A DNA stretch of 64,000 bases from an uncultured Gammaproteobacteria bacterium (GTDB lineage: Bacteria > Patescibacteriota > Microgenomatia > Levybacterales > GWA1-39-11), in NCBI GenBank assembly GCA_964425075.1, contig CAYRKM010000002.1, positions 162,898-226,897 of the forward strand. The letters run 5' to 3'. The first letter of the stretch is position 1; each line of letters begins with the position of its first letter. Position numbers and translations under genes: made by a program. The notes beneath the pieces were generated by a model. It saw only the letters and a program-made list of their open reading frames with translations, did no database searches and was not told where the DNA came from. This document shows, piece by piece, positions 47,577 through 57,280 of this stretch.

Positions 47577-48323
47577 ATGAAAATACAGGCTGTAAAAACT
47601 CATAAAATAACCGAGGAAGACAAAGATATTTTTAAAATTATCGACAGATATATTTTGCGTCTTGAGGAAAATTCGATTCTTGTAATAACGTCAAAAATTG
47701 TTTCAATTTGTGAAGGAAGAATTGCAGGAATTGACGTAAGCAATAAAGATGAATTAGTAAAACAAGAGTCGGAATATTTCATAGACAAATCGGAAAACGC
47801 GTACGGATTTTATCTCACAATCACTCAAAACCTTCTTATCCCAACCGCAGGAATTGATGAGTCAAATGGTAATGGATATTATATTTTGTGGCCAAAAAAC
47901 CCCCAGGAAACCGCCAATAAAATTCGTGAGCATCTGACAAAAAAATTTAACTTAAAAAATATAGGAGTCATTATTACTGACAGCAAAACCACTCCGCTTC
48001 GCTGGGGAACAACAGGCGCTGCCATTGCACATTCCGGGTTTAACCCATTGATAAACTATATTGGAAAAAAAGATTTGTTTGAAAGAGAACTTAGATTTAC
48101 TCAATCTAACATTTTGGATGGTTTTGCGGCCGCCTCTGTTGCTATTATGGGTGAGGGAGACGAAGCAACTCCTTTAGCAATAATTACCGATATTCCTCGG
48201 ATAGAATTTCAAGATAGAAATCCTACGGAAAAAGAACTTTCTCATCTTCATATCGATCTTGACCATGATGTGTATGGATCTATTTTGAAAAAAGCCCCCT
48301 GGCAAAAGGGTAAAAAGTCTTGA
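47577..48323 (+). CDS. CofE-like (F420-0:gamma-glutamyl ligase family, PF01996) protein
   Basis: ITSKIVSICEGR, PTAGIDESN, IMGEGDEATP. Confidence 0.72.
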   Translation: MKIQAVKTHKITEEDKDIFKIIDRYILRLEENSILVITSKIVSICEGRIAGIDVSNKDELVKQESEYFIDKSENAYGFYLTITQNLLIPTAGIDESNGNGYYILWPKNPQETANKIREHLTKKFNLKNIGVIITDSKTTPLRWGTTGAAIAHSGFNPLINYIGKKDLFERELRFTQSNILDGFAAASVAIMGEGDEATPLAIITDIPRIEFQDRNPTEKELSHLHIDLDHDVYGSILKKAPWQKGKKS

Positions 48324-48355
48324 CAAGACAATTTATTTTCATGTAATGTATTTTT

Positions 48356-49183
48356 ATGGATCCAAACTTTAAAGAAGGACAACCTCCTGTTCAAAATCCA
48401 GGCCCAATGCCGGATGCTTCACACAATGCCCCTCTTCCACCAAGTTCAGCACCCACACCGCCTGCAGAAAAAAAAGGCTTATTTAGCTGGCTTAAGTTTG
48501 GGGGCGGCAAACCATCATCTCAAGGTGAAAAAATTGTTCCAACAGGACTTGATACTGAAAGTGTAACTGCTATGGGTGCGGTTCGAGAGGAACGAAATGC
48601 AGCCAAAACAGGTGGAGAGCAAGTTGTTACCGAACCCAATCCAGGTCTTACGCCAATTGGGACAACCGCAGCTGAACAACCGCCAACTTTTGGGATTAAT
48701 TCCTTTACTGGCCCAGCTGCTACTCCAACCACAAATTTAGGAAATCAAAGCGGACCTAGAGAAAACGAAAGGCCTCCTGTCACTACTGAACCAAGAGTTA
48801 CTGTTACACCACCTGCACCAACCGAAGCAAAATTAACTGATGCATCATCAGTGGAAGTGGACGCGGCAACAAATCTTTCAAGTCAAAGAGAACTTGAAAC
48901 ACCAGGTTGGGATCCTAAAACTCCAAAATCTCCAACCCCCGGCTTACCAGACACCAAACCAGCTGCCCCGACATCTGGTTCTCTCCCAACAGCTGAAGAA
49001 ACAGTTTCTGTAGCGGAAGATGTCGCAGCCGCAGCTTGGGATAAAACAGAACCAAAAGTACCTGCTGATGCAACTCTGCAACCATTAGGTGTAGGAACGG
49101 CAGCGGGAAACTCTATTGAAACAAGTTCTGGTGATACTAGTGGAAATACCGGTGGAACCTCTGGCGGTGCCCCAACTGTTTAA
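48356..49183 (+). CDS. Pro/Thr/Ala-rich low-complexity protein
   Basis: 275 aa, no TM, PT/PA-rich throughout. Confidence 0.45.
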   Translation: MDPNFKEGQPPVQNPGPMPDASHNAPLPPSSAPTPPAEKKGLFSWLKFGGGKPSSQGEKIVPTGLDTESVTAMGAVREERNAAKTGGEQVVTEPNPGLTPIGTTAAEQPPTFGINSFTGPAATPTTNLGNQSGPRENERPPVTTEPRVTVTPPAPTEAKLTDASSVEVDAATNLSSQRELETPGWDPKTPKSPTPGLPDTKPAAPTSGSLPTAEETVSVAEDVAAAAWDKTEPKVPADATLQPLGVGTAAGNSIETSSGDTSGNTGGTSGGAPTV

Positions 49184-49191
49184 AATCTTCA

Positions 49192-49226
49192 ACTAAACAC
49201 TAAAAGCTAATTTTCAAACCGCTAAA
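49192..49226. repeat. ACTAAAC(A/G)CTAAA-type repeat at the 3' end of recR
   Basis: actaaacactaaaagctaattttcaaaccgctaaa. Confidence 0.4.
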
Positions 49227-49227
49227 T

Positions 49228-49833
49228 TTAGTATTCACGTCGCCCTTCAAGAGCTCGTCCAAGTGTCACTTCATCAGCATATTCTATATCTGCACCTACT
49301 GGTAAACCACGCCCAATCCGGGTTACTTTAATCTGAGGAAATTCTTTTTGTAGTTCCTTTGCAATATACATAGCGGTTGCCTCCCCCTCCATTGTGGGAT
49401 TGGTTGACATAATTATTTCAGTTATTCTATTGTCGTCTCTTAATCTTTTCAAAAGTTGAGGTATGAAGATATCCTCAGGTCCTATCGAATTTAGTGGATC
49501 AATTACTCCATGCAAAACATGATACACACCCTGATATTTTCCACTTCTTTCAAAAGCCACCACATCCAAAGCGTCCTCAACAATACATACCATCGATGTA
49601 TCACGCTGATTATCTCGACACACTTCACATTCTTCCTCGTTACCTATGTTAAAACAAGTAGAGCACATTTTTGTGTTTTTTTTAAGCTCTTCTAATGAAT
49701 TTGCAAATTCATCCAAGTCACTTTGAGGAACATGAAGCAAATAAAATCCAAGTCTTTGCGCTGACTTTGGACCAATTCCTGGAAGCCTTTCAAAACTTTC
49801 AATAACGCGTTCAACTGCTTTTGGAATACGCAT
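49228..49833 (-). CDS. recR: recombination protein RecR
   Basis: HhH LPGIGPKSAQRL, C4 zinc finger CSTCFNIGNEEECEVC, Toprim domain. Confidence 0.93.
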   Translation of the reverse strand: MRIPKAVERVIESFERLPGIGPKSAQRLGFYLLHVPQSDLDEFANSLEELKKNTKMCSTCFNIGNEEECEVCRDNQRDTSMVCIVEDALDVVAFERSGKYQGVYHVLHGVIDPLNSIGPEDIFIPQLLKRLRDDNRITEIIMSTNPTMEGEATAMYIAKELQKEFPQIKVTRIGRGLPVGADIEYADEVTLGRALEGRREY

Positions 49834-49843
49834 AAAGGAGGAC

Positions 49844-50428
49844 TTATACTGTCATTAATTCTTTCTCTTTTAGCTTTTCAACTTCATCAATTTTCTCGGT
49901 AAATTCATCTGTTAACTTTTGAATTTCTTTCTCCCATCTCTCAACTTCGTCTTCTGAAATATGTCCTTCTTTATTGAGTTTGTCTATGTCATTTTTTGCT
50001 TCTTGTCTTACCTGACGAATCATAATTTTTCCATTCTCAGCTTTTTGATGAACTAATTTTACAAATTCCTCTCGTCTCTCCTGAGTCAACGGTGGTATGG
50101 TTACACGAATAAGGTTCCCATCAACTGCAAGCCCCAAACCCATTTGGCTATCGGAAATTCCCCTTTCAATTTCTCCCAAAACGCTTTGGTCAAAAGGAGT
50201 TATAATTATTGTTTGTGGGTCTTGAACATGAATGGTTGAAAGCTCCATAACCTTAAGTCGTGCACTACCTCCATATGCATTTATCACGACACTTTCTACA
50301 AGTTGTGGATTAGCTTTACCAGTCTTAACTGTTCCAAAATCATCCTTAAGCACTTCGAGTGCTTTTTCCATTTTTGACTTTGTTTGTAAGATGATTTGAT
50401 TGCCGTCCATGTTTGTAAAAGATACCAA
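49844..50428 (-). CDS. frr: ribosome recycling factor
   Basis: Full-length RRF similarity. Confidence 0.93.
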   Translation of the reverse strand: MVSFTNMDGNQIILQTKSKMEKALEVLKDDFGTVKTGKANPQLVESVVINAYGGSARLKVMELSTIHVQDPQTIIITPFDQSVLGEIERGISDSQMGLGLAVDGNLIRVTIPPLTQERREEFVKLVHQKAENGKIMIRQVRQEAKNDIDKLNKEGHISEDEVERWEKEIQKLTDEFTEKIDEVEKLKEKELMTV

Positions 50429-50460
50429 AACTAAACGCTAAACGCTAGTGGCTAAGCGCT
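50429..50460. repeat. ACTAAACGCTAAACGCTAG-type repeat/hairpin between frr and rseP
   Basis: actaaacgctaaacgctagtggctaagcgctg (imperfect palindrome AGCGCTAG/CTAAGCGCT). Confidence 0.45.
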
Positions 50461-50464
50461 GTAT

Positions 50465-51568
50465 TCACGGTAATATACTTTTTCCCTGAATGAGGCGTGT
50501 TACGTCAAGTGCTGTAATTAAGGCCATAAGACCCAAAAGAACTATCAATCCTACACCATGTGCTATCGCCTCATATCTAGGACTTACTTTCTTTCTAGTT
50601 ATCATTTCAATAACCATAAAGAAAAATCTTCCCCCATCAAGAGCCGGAATTGGCAAAATGTTAAGCACTGCTAAATTAAGAGATAAAAGGGCAGCAAACC
50701 ACAATACTGCCGCTACACCCACTTTTACAGCTTCACCTGTGAGCTGCGCAACACCAATTGGCCCTGCTACTCCTTCAGGTTTTGCGCCTGTTGTTGCAAA
50801 ATCCATAACCATTTGACCCAACCCTTGCGCAATTAATAAAGAAAGCTTCCCAGCCTCTAAAGTTCCGTAAAATGGAGCCTCCCACCAAGTGTATTTTTTA
50901 ATTTCAATATTACTTATTGAAACCCCCATGGCTCCCTCGCCTTTTGGAGGGTTCTCTCGAGGAATAAGAGTAACCACACGGCTTTCTCCATTTCTCAAAA
51001 CCGTTATTTCAACCTGCTTTCCTTTATGTTTTTGCGTTTCGGAAATGAAGGTTTCAGGAGTTGTAATATTTGCTCCATTAATTTTTACGATCTGGTCATC
51101 TTTCTTAATACCTGCTTTTTCTGCTGGAGAATTTTTTGCAACTTCGCTTATAGATACTTTCTCTGTGGGAAGTGCAACTCCCTGAGTTGCAAATAGTGAG
51201 GAAATAATAACTACAGCAAGAATAAAATTCATGATAACCCCAGAAGTCACCACCAACATCCGCTGCCACAATGGTCTTGCAAAAAACGCACGACTTATAT
51301 CCCCCGCAACATTTCCTCCTCCACCTATCTTTCCACCACCCGCACTATCCTCTCCATATAACTTCACAAATCCTCCAATTGGAAGCAAATTAACAGAATA
51401 GAGGGTTTCACCAATTTTTTTTCCAAATACTCTTGGGGGGAATCCAATACCAAATTCCTCAACTTTTATACCAAGTTTTTTTGCAGTCAAAAAATGACCC
51501 AATTCATGTATAAGAACCAGGACTGAAAGAACAAGAAGAAAAGAAATTACAGTAAGTATCATCAGCAA
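50465..51568 (-). CDS. rseP: RIP metalloprotease RseP (site-2 protease, M50, with PDZ)
   Basis: LIHELGHFLTAK, PDZ, LDGG motif; TGA stop. Confidence 0.9.
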   Translation of the reverse strand: MLMILTVISFLLVLSVLVLIHELGHFLTAKKLGIKVEEFGIGFPPRVFGKKIGETLYSVNLLPIGGFVKLYGEDSAGGGKIGGGGNVAGDISRAFFARPLWQRMLVVTSGVIMNFILAVVIISSLFATQGVALPTEKVSISEVAKNSPAEKAGIKKDDQIVKINGANITTPETFISETQKHKGKQVEITVLRNGESRVVTLIPRENPPKGEGAMGVSISNIEIKKYTWWEAPFYGTLEAGKLSLLIAQGLGQMVMDFATTGAKPEGVAGPIGVAQLTGEAVKVGVAAVLWFAALLSLNLAVLNILPIPALDGGRFFFMVIEMITRKKVSPRYEAIAHGVGLIVLLGLMALITALDVTRLIQGKSILP

Positions 51569-51612
51569 CTTATTATATTGGAAAACTATAAAAATGGAAA
51601 GTGAGGGAATTG

Positions 51613-51843
51613 CTATTTGCTTGGCTGGGTGGGCTCCTGAGGAGTTATTGACGTCGCTCCGTTCACTGTTGGGTTTGATGCTTCAAAAATGACTTGACTT
51701 TCCACATTAGCAGAATTTGGTGGGATCGGAACAGGATTATGCACAATTCCTCTTGCTTCATCCTGTCTTCTTAGCTTACGCGCATTATCTTGAGCATCCT
51801 TCCTGACTTTGTTGGAACCAGAATCACCTTGGTCTTCCATCAT
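51613..51843 (-). CDS. hypothetical small protein
   Basis: 76-aa ORF between rseP and tsf. Confidence 0.3.
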   Translation of the reverse strand: MMEDQGDSGSNKVRKDAQDNARKLRRQDEARGIVHNPVPIPPNSANVESQVIFEASNPTVNGATSITPQEPTQPSK

Positions 51844-51885
51844 TGAAGTTAGTATGTAATATTATTGTAAAACTGTCAAGAGATT

Positions 51886-52338
51886 TTAAATTTCAGATCT
51901 GAGGAATTCTTTGAGGCGAATGTTCTCTCCAACCTTTGCAATTGTTTCTTTAATAAGCTCATCAATTGTCTTTGAACCATCTCTTATGTATTCTTGTTTT
52001 AAAAGACTTTCGTTGTCTTTTGGATTCATTGCTGCCACCTGCATAGCAATTTCATGGGCTAAAGTCTTGAATTCATCTGTTCTTGCCACAAAGTCTGTTT
52101 CACAAAGCAAAGAAACAAGAACTCCAACTTTACCTGTTTGGTGTACATAACTTTCAACTAATCCTTGACCAGTTTCTCTATCAGATTTTTTTGCGGCTTT
52201 TTCAAATCCCTTTTTTCTTAAAATCTCTTCTGCCTTTTTCATATCTCCCTTAGCCTCATCAAGCGCTGTTTTACAATCAGCAAAACCAGCCTGAGTTAGT
52301 TCTCTAAGTTCTTTGATTTGAGATGCTGAAATTGGCAT
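51886..52338 (-). CDS. tsf: elongation factor Ts (short form)
   Basis: UBA-like N-terminus ISASQIKELRELTQAGFADCKTAL, core YVHQTGKVGVLV. Confidence 0.88.
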   Translation of the reverse strand: MPISASQIKELRELTQAGFADCKTALDEAKGDMKKAEEILRKKGFEKAAKKSDRETGQGLVESYVHQTGKVGVLVSLLCETDFVARTDEFKTLAHEIAMQVAAMNPKDNESLLKQEYIRDGSKTIDELIKETIAKVGENIRLKEFLRSEI

Positions 52339-52350
52339 AGTAATTTAAAA

Positions 52351-53124
52351 TTAAGCTTTTTTTGTTGCGGCTTTTGCGGCAGCTTTTGAAGCCTCTTCGG
52401 CTTCCTTTGCGTCTTTTTTACCTTTGTCCTTAGACCCTTCAAGCCATGCATCGATAAGATATGTAGTTATAAGCTTGATAGAACCTACAGCATCATCATT
52501 TGCAGGAATTGAGTAATTCACTTCAGATGGATCGGCATTTGTATCAGTAATTCCTACTGTTGTAATTCCAACTCTATTTGCTTCTCTTACTGCTGTTTTT
52601 TCGTGATGAGTATCGATAATAAACACAGCACTTGGTGCTTGCTGAAGATCTTTTATTCCTCCGTAGAACATTTTAAGTTTGACAAGTTCCTTTTCGAAAA
52701 GTACAACTTCTCTTTTTGTATATCCGCCGCGATCCTCAGAATTAACAATTTTTTCAAGCTCACTAAGTCTTCTGAAATTTTTCTTAACTTCTTCAAAATT
52801 TGTAATAATTCCACCAATCCAACGAGTTGTTACCATGTGAATTGATAGCGGTGTTACTTCCCTCGCCCTTGTAACTTCTTCCTTTACAATTTGCTGTGCC
52901 TGTCTTTTGGTTCCAACAACTACCAAGCTTCCACCACGGGACGCAAGTTCTTTGATGTATTCTGCAGCCTTAATAAGCCCTTTTTGGGTGTCTTCAAGAT
53001 TGATGATATTTACCCCACTTCGGGCTTCAAAAATGTATCGATTTGCTTTTGGATTTCGGCGATTAACCTGATGTCCAAAATGACAACCTGCTTCCAATAA
53101 TTCTTCAAGAGTTATTTGTCTCAT
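52351..53124 (-). CDS. rpsB: 30S ribosomal protein S2
   Basis: LLEAGCHFGHQVNRRNPK ... with K/A-rich tail. Confidence 0.93.
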   Translation of the reverse strand: MRQITLEELLEAGCHFGHQVNRRNPKANRYIFEARSGVNIINLEDTQKGLIKAAEYIKELASRGGSLVVVGTKRQAQQIVKEEVTRAREVTPLSIHMVTTRWIGGIITNFEEVKKNFRRLSELEKIVNSEDRGGYTKREVVLFEKELVKLKMFYGGIKDLQQAPSAVFIIDTHHEKTAVREANRVGITTVGITDTNADPSEVNYSIPANDDAVGSIKLITTYLIDAWLEGSKDKGKKDAKEAEEASKAAAKAATKKA

Positions 53125-53244
53125 AATTTATGCTTTGAAACTAAAATCGCTTTTGCGATAGTAATCCTTTTTTCCTCTGTTCTTGTGGCGTTTACAGCCA
53201 GGATGTATTCAAGAACATGTGTAATGAGGGTATTATACTAAATA

Positions 53245-53277
53245 TAGTAGAATGTAGCAAGTAGAAGGCAGAAAGGT
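53245..53277. repeat. TAG-rich repeat (left arm flanking the four-helix-bundle gene)
   Basis: atagtagaatgtagcaagtagaaggcagaaagg; contains a TAGAAT -10-like hexamer. Confidence 0.55.
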
Positions 53278-53646
53278 ATGAGAATTCAAAACTTCACAGA
53301 CTTAGAAGTATGGAAAAAAGGGCATGAATTGTTTATTCAAATTTATACTGTCACAAAACATTTTCCGAACAGTGAACTTTTCGGATTCACTTCACAATTA
53401 AGGAGAGCCTCTTTGTCTATCACGTCTAATATTGCTGAAGGTTTTGGAAGAAGCTCAAGAAAAGAGAAGGTGCAATTCTATTATATTGCACATGGTTCTC
53501 TACTCGAACTCCAAAACCAGATACTTGCCGCTAAAGATGTCACTCTTATTAAAGAGGAGGAATTTGAACAATTATGGGAACTGACAATTACCGTACAAAA
53601 GTTAATCAATGGCCTCATCCGGAGCATAAAAAACTCATATTCCTAA
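53278..53646 (+). CDS. four-helix-bundle protein (23S rRNA intervening-sequence protein family, TIGR02436)
   Basis: FTDLEVWKKGHELFIQIY...SQLRRASLSITSNIAEGFGR...YIAHGSLLEL. Confidence 0.85.
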   Translation: MRIQNFTDLEVWKKGHELFIQIYTVTKHFPNSELFGFTSQLRRASLSITSNIAEGFGRSSRKEKVQFYYIAHGSLLELQNQILAAKDVTLIKEEEFEQLWELTITVQKLINGLIRSIKNSYS

Positions 53647-53650
53647 TTTT

Positions 53651-53679
53651 CTTACTACATTCTACCTGCTACTTACTAC
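53651..53679. repeat. TAG-rich repeat, inverted orientation (right arm flanking the four-helix-bundle gene)
   Basis: cttactacattctacctgctacttactac, the reverse complement of the GTAGAATGTAG/GTAGTAAGTAG motifs. Confidence 0.55.
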
Positions 53680-53722
53680 TTTAAAATTGACTTTTGTCAA
53701 TTTCAGTGGCTACACTTAGGAC

Positions 53723-54559
53723 ATGGGACAAAGAAGACGTGGCGGATTTATGTTTTTTAATATTACCTCCTCAGGTAATATGTTCGTTATTACTTTTGTT
53801 TCTTTAGTTGTCATATCAAGCCTACTTCTTGCTCGTGGTTTCTTCCCCAAATCTACTCTAACTGATCCAAAGGATAACACTCAATACGAGCTTGATGATC
53901 AGGAACAAACAGATTCTGCAACGGGTCTTCAGCTTAGAACGCTAAAGCTTAAAGAGTGCAAAAATGCTGTTGCTGTTGATATGCTTTTGGACCGATCAGC
54001 TTCAATGCAAGAACAAAACAAAATGACAAAACTAAAAGAAGCAGCAAATGGATTTACCTCAAATCTAAGCGATAACTCACTTATTGGAATACAATCATTT
54101 AGCTCCACTGGAATTAGTAATGATGTACCCATATCGCTCTATGCAAGCGTCAAACCCCTAGTTGGAAGTGCAATTAACGGCCTTAGACCCTCAGGTGCTA
54201 CACCTACAAAAGACGCCCTCGAATTCACACAAAAAATACTTGCAGATGCTGTCCAAAAATATCCCGGAAAAAATTTTGTATTAATTTTTGTCTCAGATGG
54301 AGCCCCTTGTCCAGGAATCGGATGCCCCGAAGCACCAGGAGCTAACCAGGACCCGGCCCTTTACACACCAAACCCAGCAAGTGAAATAAAAAGTCTTGGG
54401 GTTACAATTTATACAATTGCAATAGGTTCCGACCCACTTAATAGCGTAATGAGCGGTATTGCATCAAGCCCTGACACGATGTTTAGCGCCCCCACAGGAG
54501 CCGAACTTAAGGGAATATATGATAAGATTGCAACACGGCTTTGCAACAAAGTAAACTAA
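53723..54559 (+). CDS. von Willebrand factor A domain protein, N-terminally membrane-anchored
   Basis: MIDAS DRSASM, ...SDGAP... Confidence 0.78.
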   Translation: MGQRRRGGFMFFNITSSGNMFVITFVSLVVISSLLLARGFFPKSTLTDPKDNTQYELDDQEQTDSATGLQLRTLKLKECKNAVAVDMLLDRSASMQEQNKMTKLKEAANGFTSNLSDNSLIGIQSFSSTGISNDVPISLYASVKPLVGSAINGLRPSGATPTKDALEFTQKILADAVQKYPGKNFVLIFVSDGAPCPGIGCPEAPGANQDPALYTPNPASEIKSLGVTIYTIAIGSDPLNSVMSGIASSPDTMFSAPTGAELKGIYDKIATRLCNKVN

Positions 54560-54563
54560 TTCT

Positions 54564-54800
54564 ATGAATATTCTAAATCAAAAAGGGAATGCTTCAGTTG
54601 TTGTTATTTTTATACTAATTGTAATTTTTAGTATTTACCTTGCAGGAGGTCCTGGTTTGCTTCTTTCCGGGGAAACTCCAAAACCAGAAATTCCTATTTC
54701 AGGCACACTACCAGGCGGCAATGCAAGTCCAATCGCCTCACCATCGGCAAGCCCCATCTCTTCTCTTTCTGCAACCATTGCACCTTCACCAACTAGATAA
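54564..54800 (+). CDS. small membrane protein with Ser/Pro-rich tail
   Basis: TM helix VVVIFILIVIFSIYLAGG then SPIASPSASPISS. Confidence 0.4.
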   Translation: MNILNQKGNASVVVIFILIVIFSIYLAGGPGLLLSGETPKPEIPISGTLPGGNASPIASPSASPISSLSATIAPSPTR

Positions 54801-54835
54801 TTTGCTATTGGTAACGTTTCCCTTCTCCCTTCTAC

Positions 54836-54864
54836 TTGCTACTCTCTACTTCCTACTTTATACT
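54836..54864 (+). promoter_or_regulatory. promoter TTGCTA-N17-TATACT embedded in a TAG-rich repeat, 6 nt before the glyA ATG
   Basis: tctacTTGCTActctctacttcctacttTATACTattcgcATG. Confidence 0.35.
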
Positions 54865-54870
54865 ATTCGC

Positions 54871-56211
54871 ATGTTAAGCTCTGATGATCCACAGCTTTAT
54901 TCTATTCTTAAAAAGGAAGATAAAAGACAACGAGATACCATTACACTAATCCCTTCAGAAAACTATGCTTCACTCACCGTTAGAAGCACACTTTCGTCCG
55001 TTTTAACCAACAAATATTCAGAAGGTTATGCGAAAAAACGGTACTATCAGGGAAATAAAAATGCAGACGACGCAGAACTTTTAGCAATTGAGAGGGCAAA
55101 AAAACTTTTCAGAGTAGCACACGTTAATGTTCAACCATACTCAGGCTCACCCGCAAATACTGCGGTTTATTTTGCGCTACTTAGACCCCTCGAGGACAAA
55201 ATAATGGGGCTTGCCCTTTCATCAGGCGGTCATTTAACCCATGGCTCACCAGTATCTTTTTCTGGAAAATATTTTAAAACCGTTTCTTTCCCAACAACCC
55301 GCGACGGACTCTTAGATTATGATGAAATTGAAAAGCTTGCAATTAAAGAGAAGCCTCAAATTATAGTATGCGGGTTTACGGCATATCCTCGAGTTATTGA
55401 TTTTAAAAGGTTCGGGGAAATTGCAGATAAAGTAAATGCATATTTGTTGGCCGACATCTCACATATTTCAGGGCTTATTGTTGGAGGTGCTCACCCTTCA
55501 CCATCTTTAGACGCTCATATTCTAATGACAACAACACATAAATCTTTGCGTGGACCCCGTGGCGCGATGTTAATGGTAACTGAAAAAGGCTTGAAAAAAG
55601 ATGCTGAACTTGCAGAAAAATTAGATAAAGCTGTTTTTCCTGGTCTTCAGGGGGGGCCACATGACAACCAAACCGCAGCAATTGCAGCAGCACTAAATGA
55701 AGCATTAAATCCCAAATTTAGAACCTACGCTCAGCAAATTGTAAAAAACTCAAAAGCTTTAGCTGCTACACTTACCTCTTTTGGATTTGAACTAACAACT
55801 GGTGGAACCGAAAATCATTTGATGGTTATAGATCTTACCAACAAAGGCGTAAATGGTGCCCTTGCTTCATATGCCCTAGAGCAAGCAGGAATAATAGTTA
55901 ACAAAAATACCATTCCTTATGACACAATGCCTCCATTTTATCCATCTGGAATAAGGATTGGAACGCCAGCTGCCACAACGCGAGGCATGAAAGAAAAAGA
56001 CATGCAAAAACTTGGAGAATGGATGCATCAAGTAATTGAAGAGGTAAAAAATTACAGTCTTCCAAAGGAAAAAACTGGATTCGGCAAGCTCACCACAAGC
56101 GAACGGCAACTATTCTTCAGAAAATTTAGAGATGAAGTCAAAAAGAATAAAAAGCTTCTTGCAATTGCAAAAGATGTTCAAAAATACATGAGAGAATTCC
56201 CTCTTCCATAA
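54871..56211 (+). CDS. glyA: serine hydroxymethyltransferase
   Basis: MLSSDD...IPSENYAS, SGGHLTHGS, PLP-Lys TTHKSLRGPRG; the track ORF start at 54640 is an upstream in-frame artefact. Confidence 0.93.
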   Translation: MLSSDDPQLYSILKKEDKRQRDTITLIPSENYASLTVRSTLSSVLTNKYSEGYAKKRYYQGNKNADDAELLAIERAKKLFRVAHVNVQPYSGSPANTAVYFALLRPLEDKIMGLALSSGGHLTHGSPVSFSGKYFKTVSFPTTRDGLLDYDEIEKLAIKEKPQIIVCGFTAYPRVIDFKRFGEIADKVNAYLLADISHISGLIVGGAHPSPSLDAHILMTTTHKSLRGPRGAMLMVTEKGLKKDAELAEKLDKAVFPGLQGGPHDNQTAAIAAALNEALNPKFRTYAQQIVKNSKALAATLTSFGFELTTGGTENHLMVIDLTNKGVNGALASYALEQAGIIVNKNTIPYDTMPPFYPSGIRIGTPAATTRGMKEKDMQKLGEWMHQVIEEVKNYSLPKEKTGFGKLTTSERQLFFRKFRDEVKKNKKLLAIAKDVQKYMREFPLP

Positions 56212-56371
56212 AGGACTTTAAAAATCTTCTAAAAAATGCAATAATTGCACCATAATCCCTCAAATTTATTTTAAGCCGCGAAGAAGGTAATTGTATAAAG
56301 CGAAGTTATATTTTTTGCAAACCTATAATACTTAGGCTATAATGTGCCCTAACGTATAATTCTAATTACAT

Positions 56372-57217
56372 ATGGAAGGAACATCAACACATACACAACC
56401 GGAGCCTGATAATCATGTAGGGTCTCCAGACGGAAGTCCAACCCAGACTGGGGGGTTATCTTCTGCAGATCCAGTACTTGGAGAAAGAAGTGAATGGATA
56501 CCAGAGGAGGAAATCGCAACGCTTTTTCCATTAAGCGTGCCCCAACCTGAAGGTAGTTTTGACCCTGAGAAAGAAAAACAAAGACAAACAGTTACCGAGG
56601 TAAAAGAAATTGGGGTAAGAAATATCAGAATGCGCAGAGCTTTTGCAACTGTTTACTTAGATCAACTAAACCTTCCCTCAAATCGACCCCACTTTACAGA
56701 TATACCTACTAGCGTTAAAGACATGGAAAATAGACTTAGACAGAAAAACGCTCATGGGTTAGCAGTTTACAATGCACTTGGTGAGGTTGTCGGTTTTGCA
56801 GTAATTAGAGATCCAGAAACAGACCAAAATGACAGCTGGCTTGAAAAGATGGTTATTGTTGAAAATCTACAAAGTAAGGAAAAAGACCAAAAAGACTCGG
56901 CGCACGTTGGAACTCAAGCTCTAGACAGAATTGTTGAATGGGCTTTTTCAACTCCTACACATGATAAACGAGAAAGAACTAATCTTCATGCTGCTGTTGT
57001 TATGTTTGTAAAAGACTGGGAAAGAATGGACCATCTTTTAACTGGGCATGGCTTCGAGGCAAGGATGAGACTACACCATCAAGCAATTGTGACTCTAGAG
57101 GATGGCACCAAAGAAACAAAAGACGTCCAACGGTTTGAGCTATCTCGAAGAGCATGGGAAAGCAGACAGGCCCTACAAACTGAAATGGAAAGAGACGTTC
57201 CAAATATCATTACCTGA
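56372..57217 (+). CDS. hypothetical protein with C-terminal GNAT-like acetyltransferase fold
   Basis: GLAVYNALGEVVGFAVI...ALDRIVEWAF; atypical composition. Confidence 0.45.
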   Translation: MEGTSTHTQPEPDNHVGSPDGSPTQTGGLSSADPVLGERSEWIPEEEIATLFPLSVPQPEGSFDPEKEKQRQTVTEVKEIGVRNIRMRRAFATVYLDQLNLPSNRPHFTDIPTSVKDMENRLRQKNAHGLAVYNALGEVVGFAVIRDPETDQNDSWLEKMVIVENLQSKEKDQKDSAHVGTQALDRIVEWAFSTPTHDKRERTNLHAAVVMFVKDWERMDHLLTGHGFEARMRLHHQAIVTLEDGTKETKDVQRFELSRRAWESRQALQTEMERDVPNIIT

Positions 57218-57280
57218 TTCTGCTTGATATTTGGAATTTTGAATGTTAAAGTTAGCTAGGTTTTTGAGAATATTTAAGAT

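Noticed and set aside
54640-54870. Upstream in-frame extension of glyA (track start 54640), and similar extensions at 10738 (rpmE), 34648, 43689 and 13511
   Set aside because: The extensions are non-homologous and hydrophobic or low-complexity. Conserved N-termini begin at internal ATGs that have -10 boxes just upstream.
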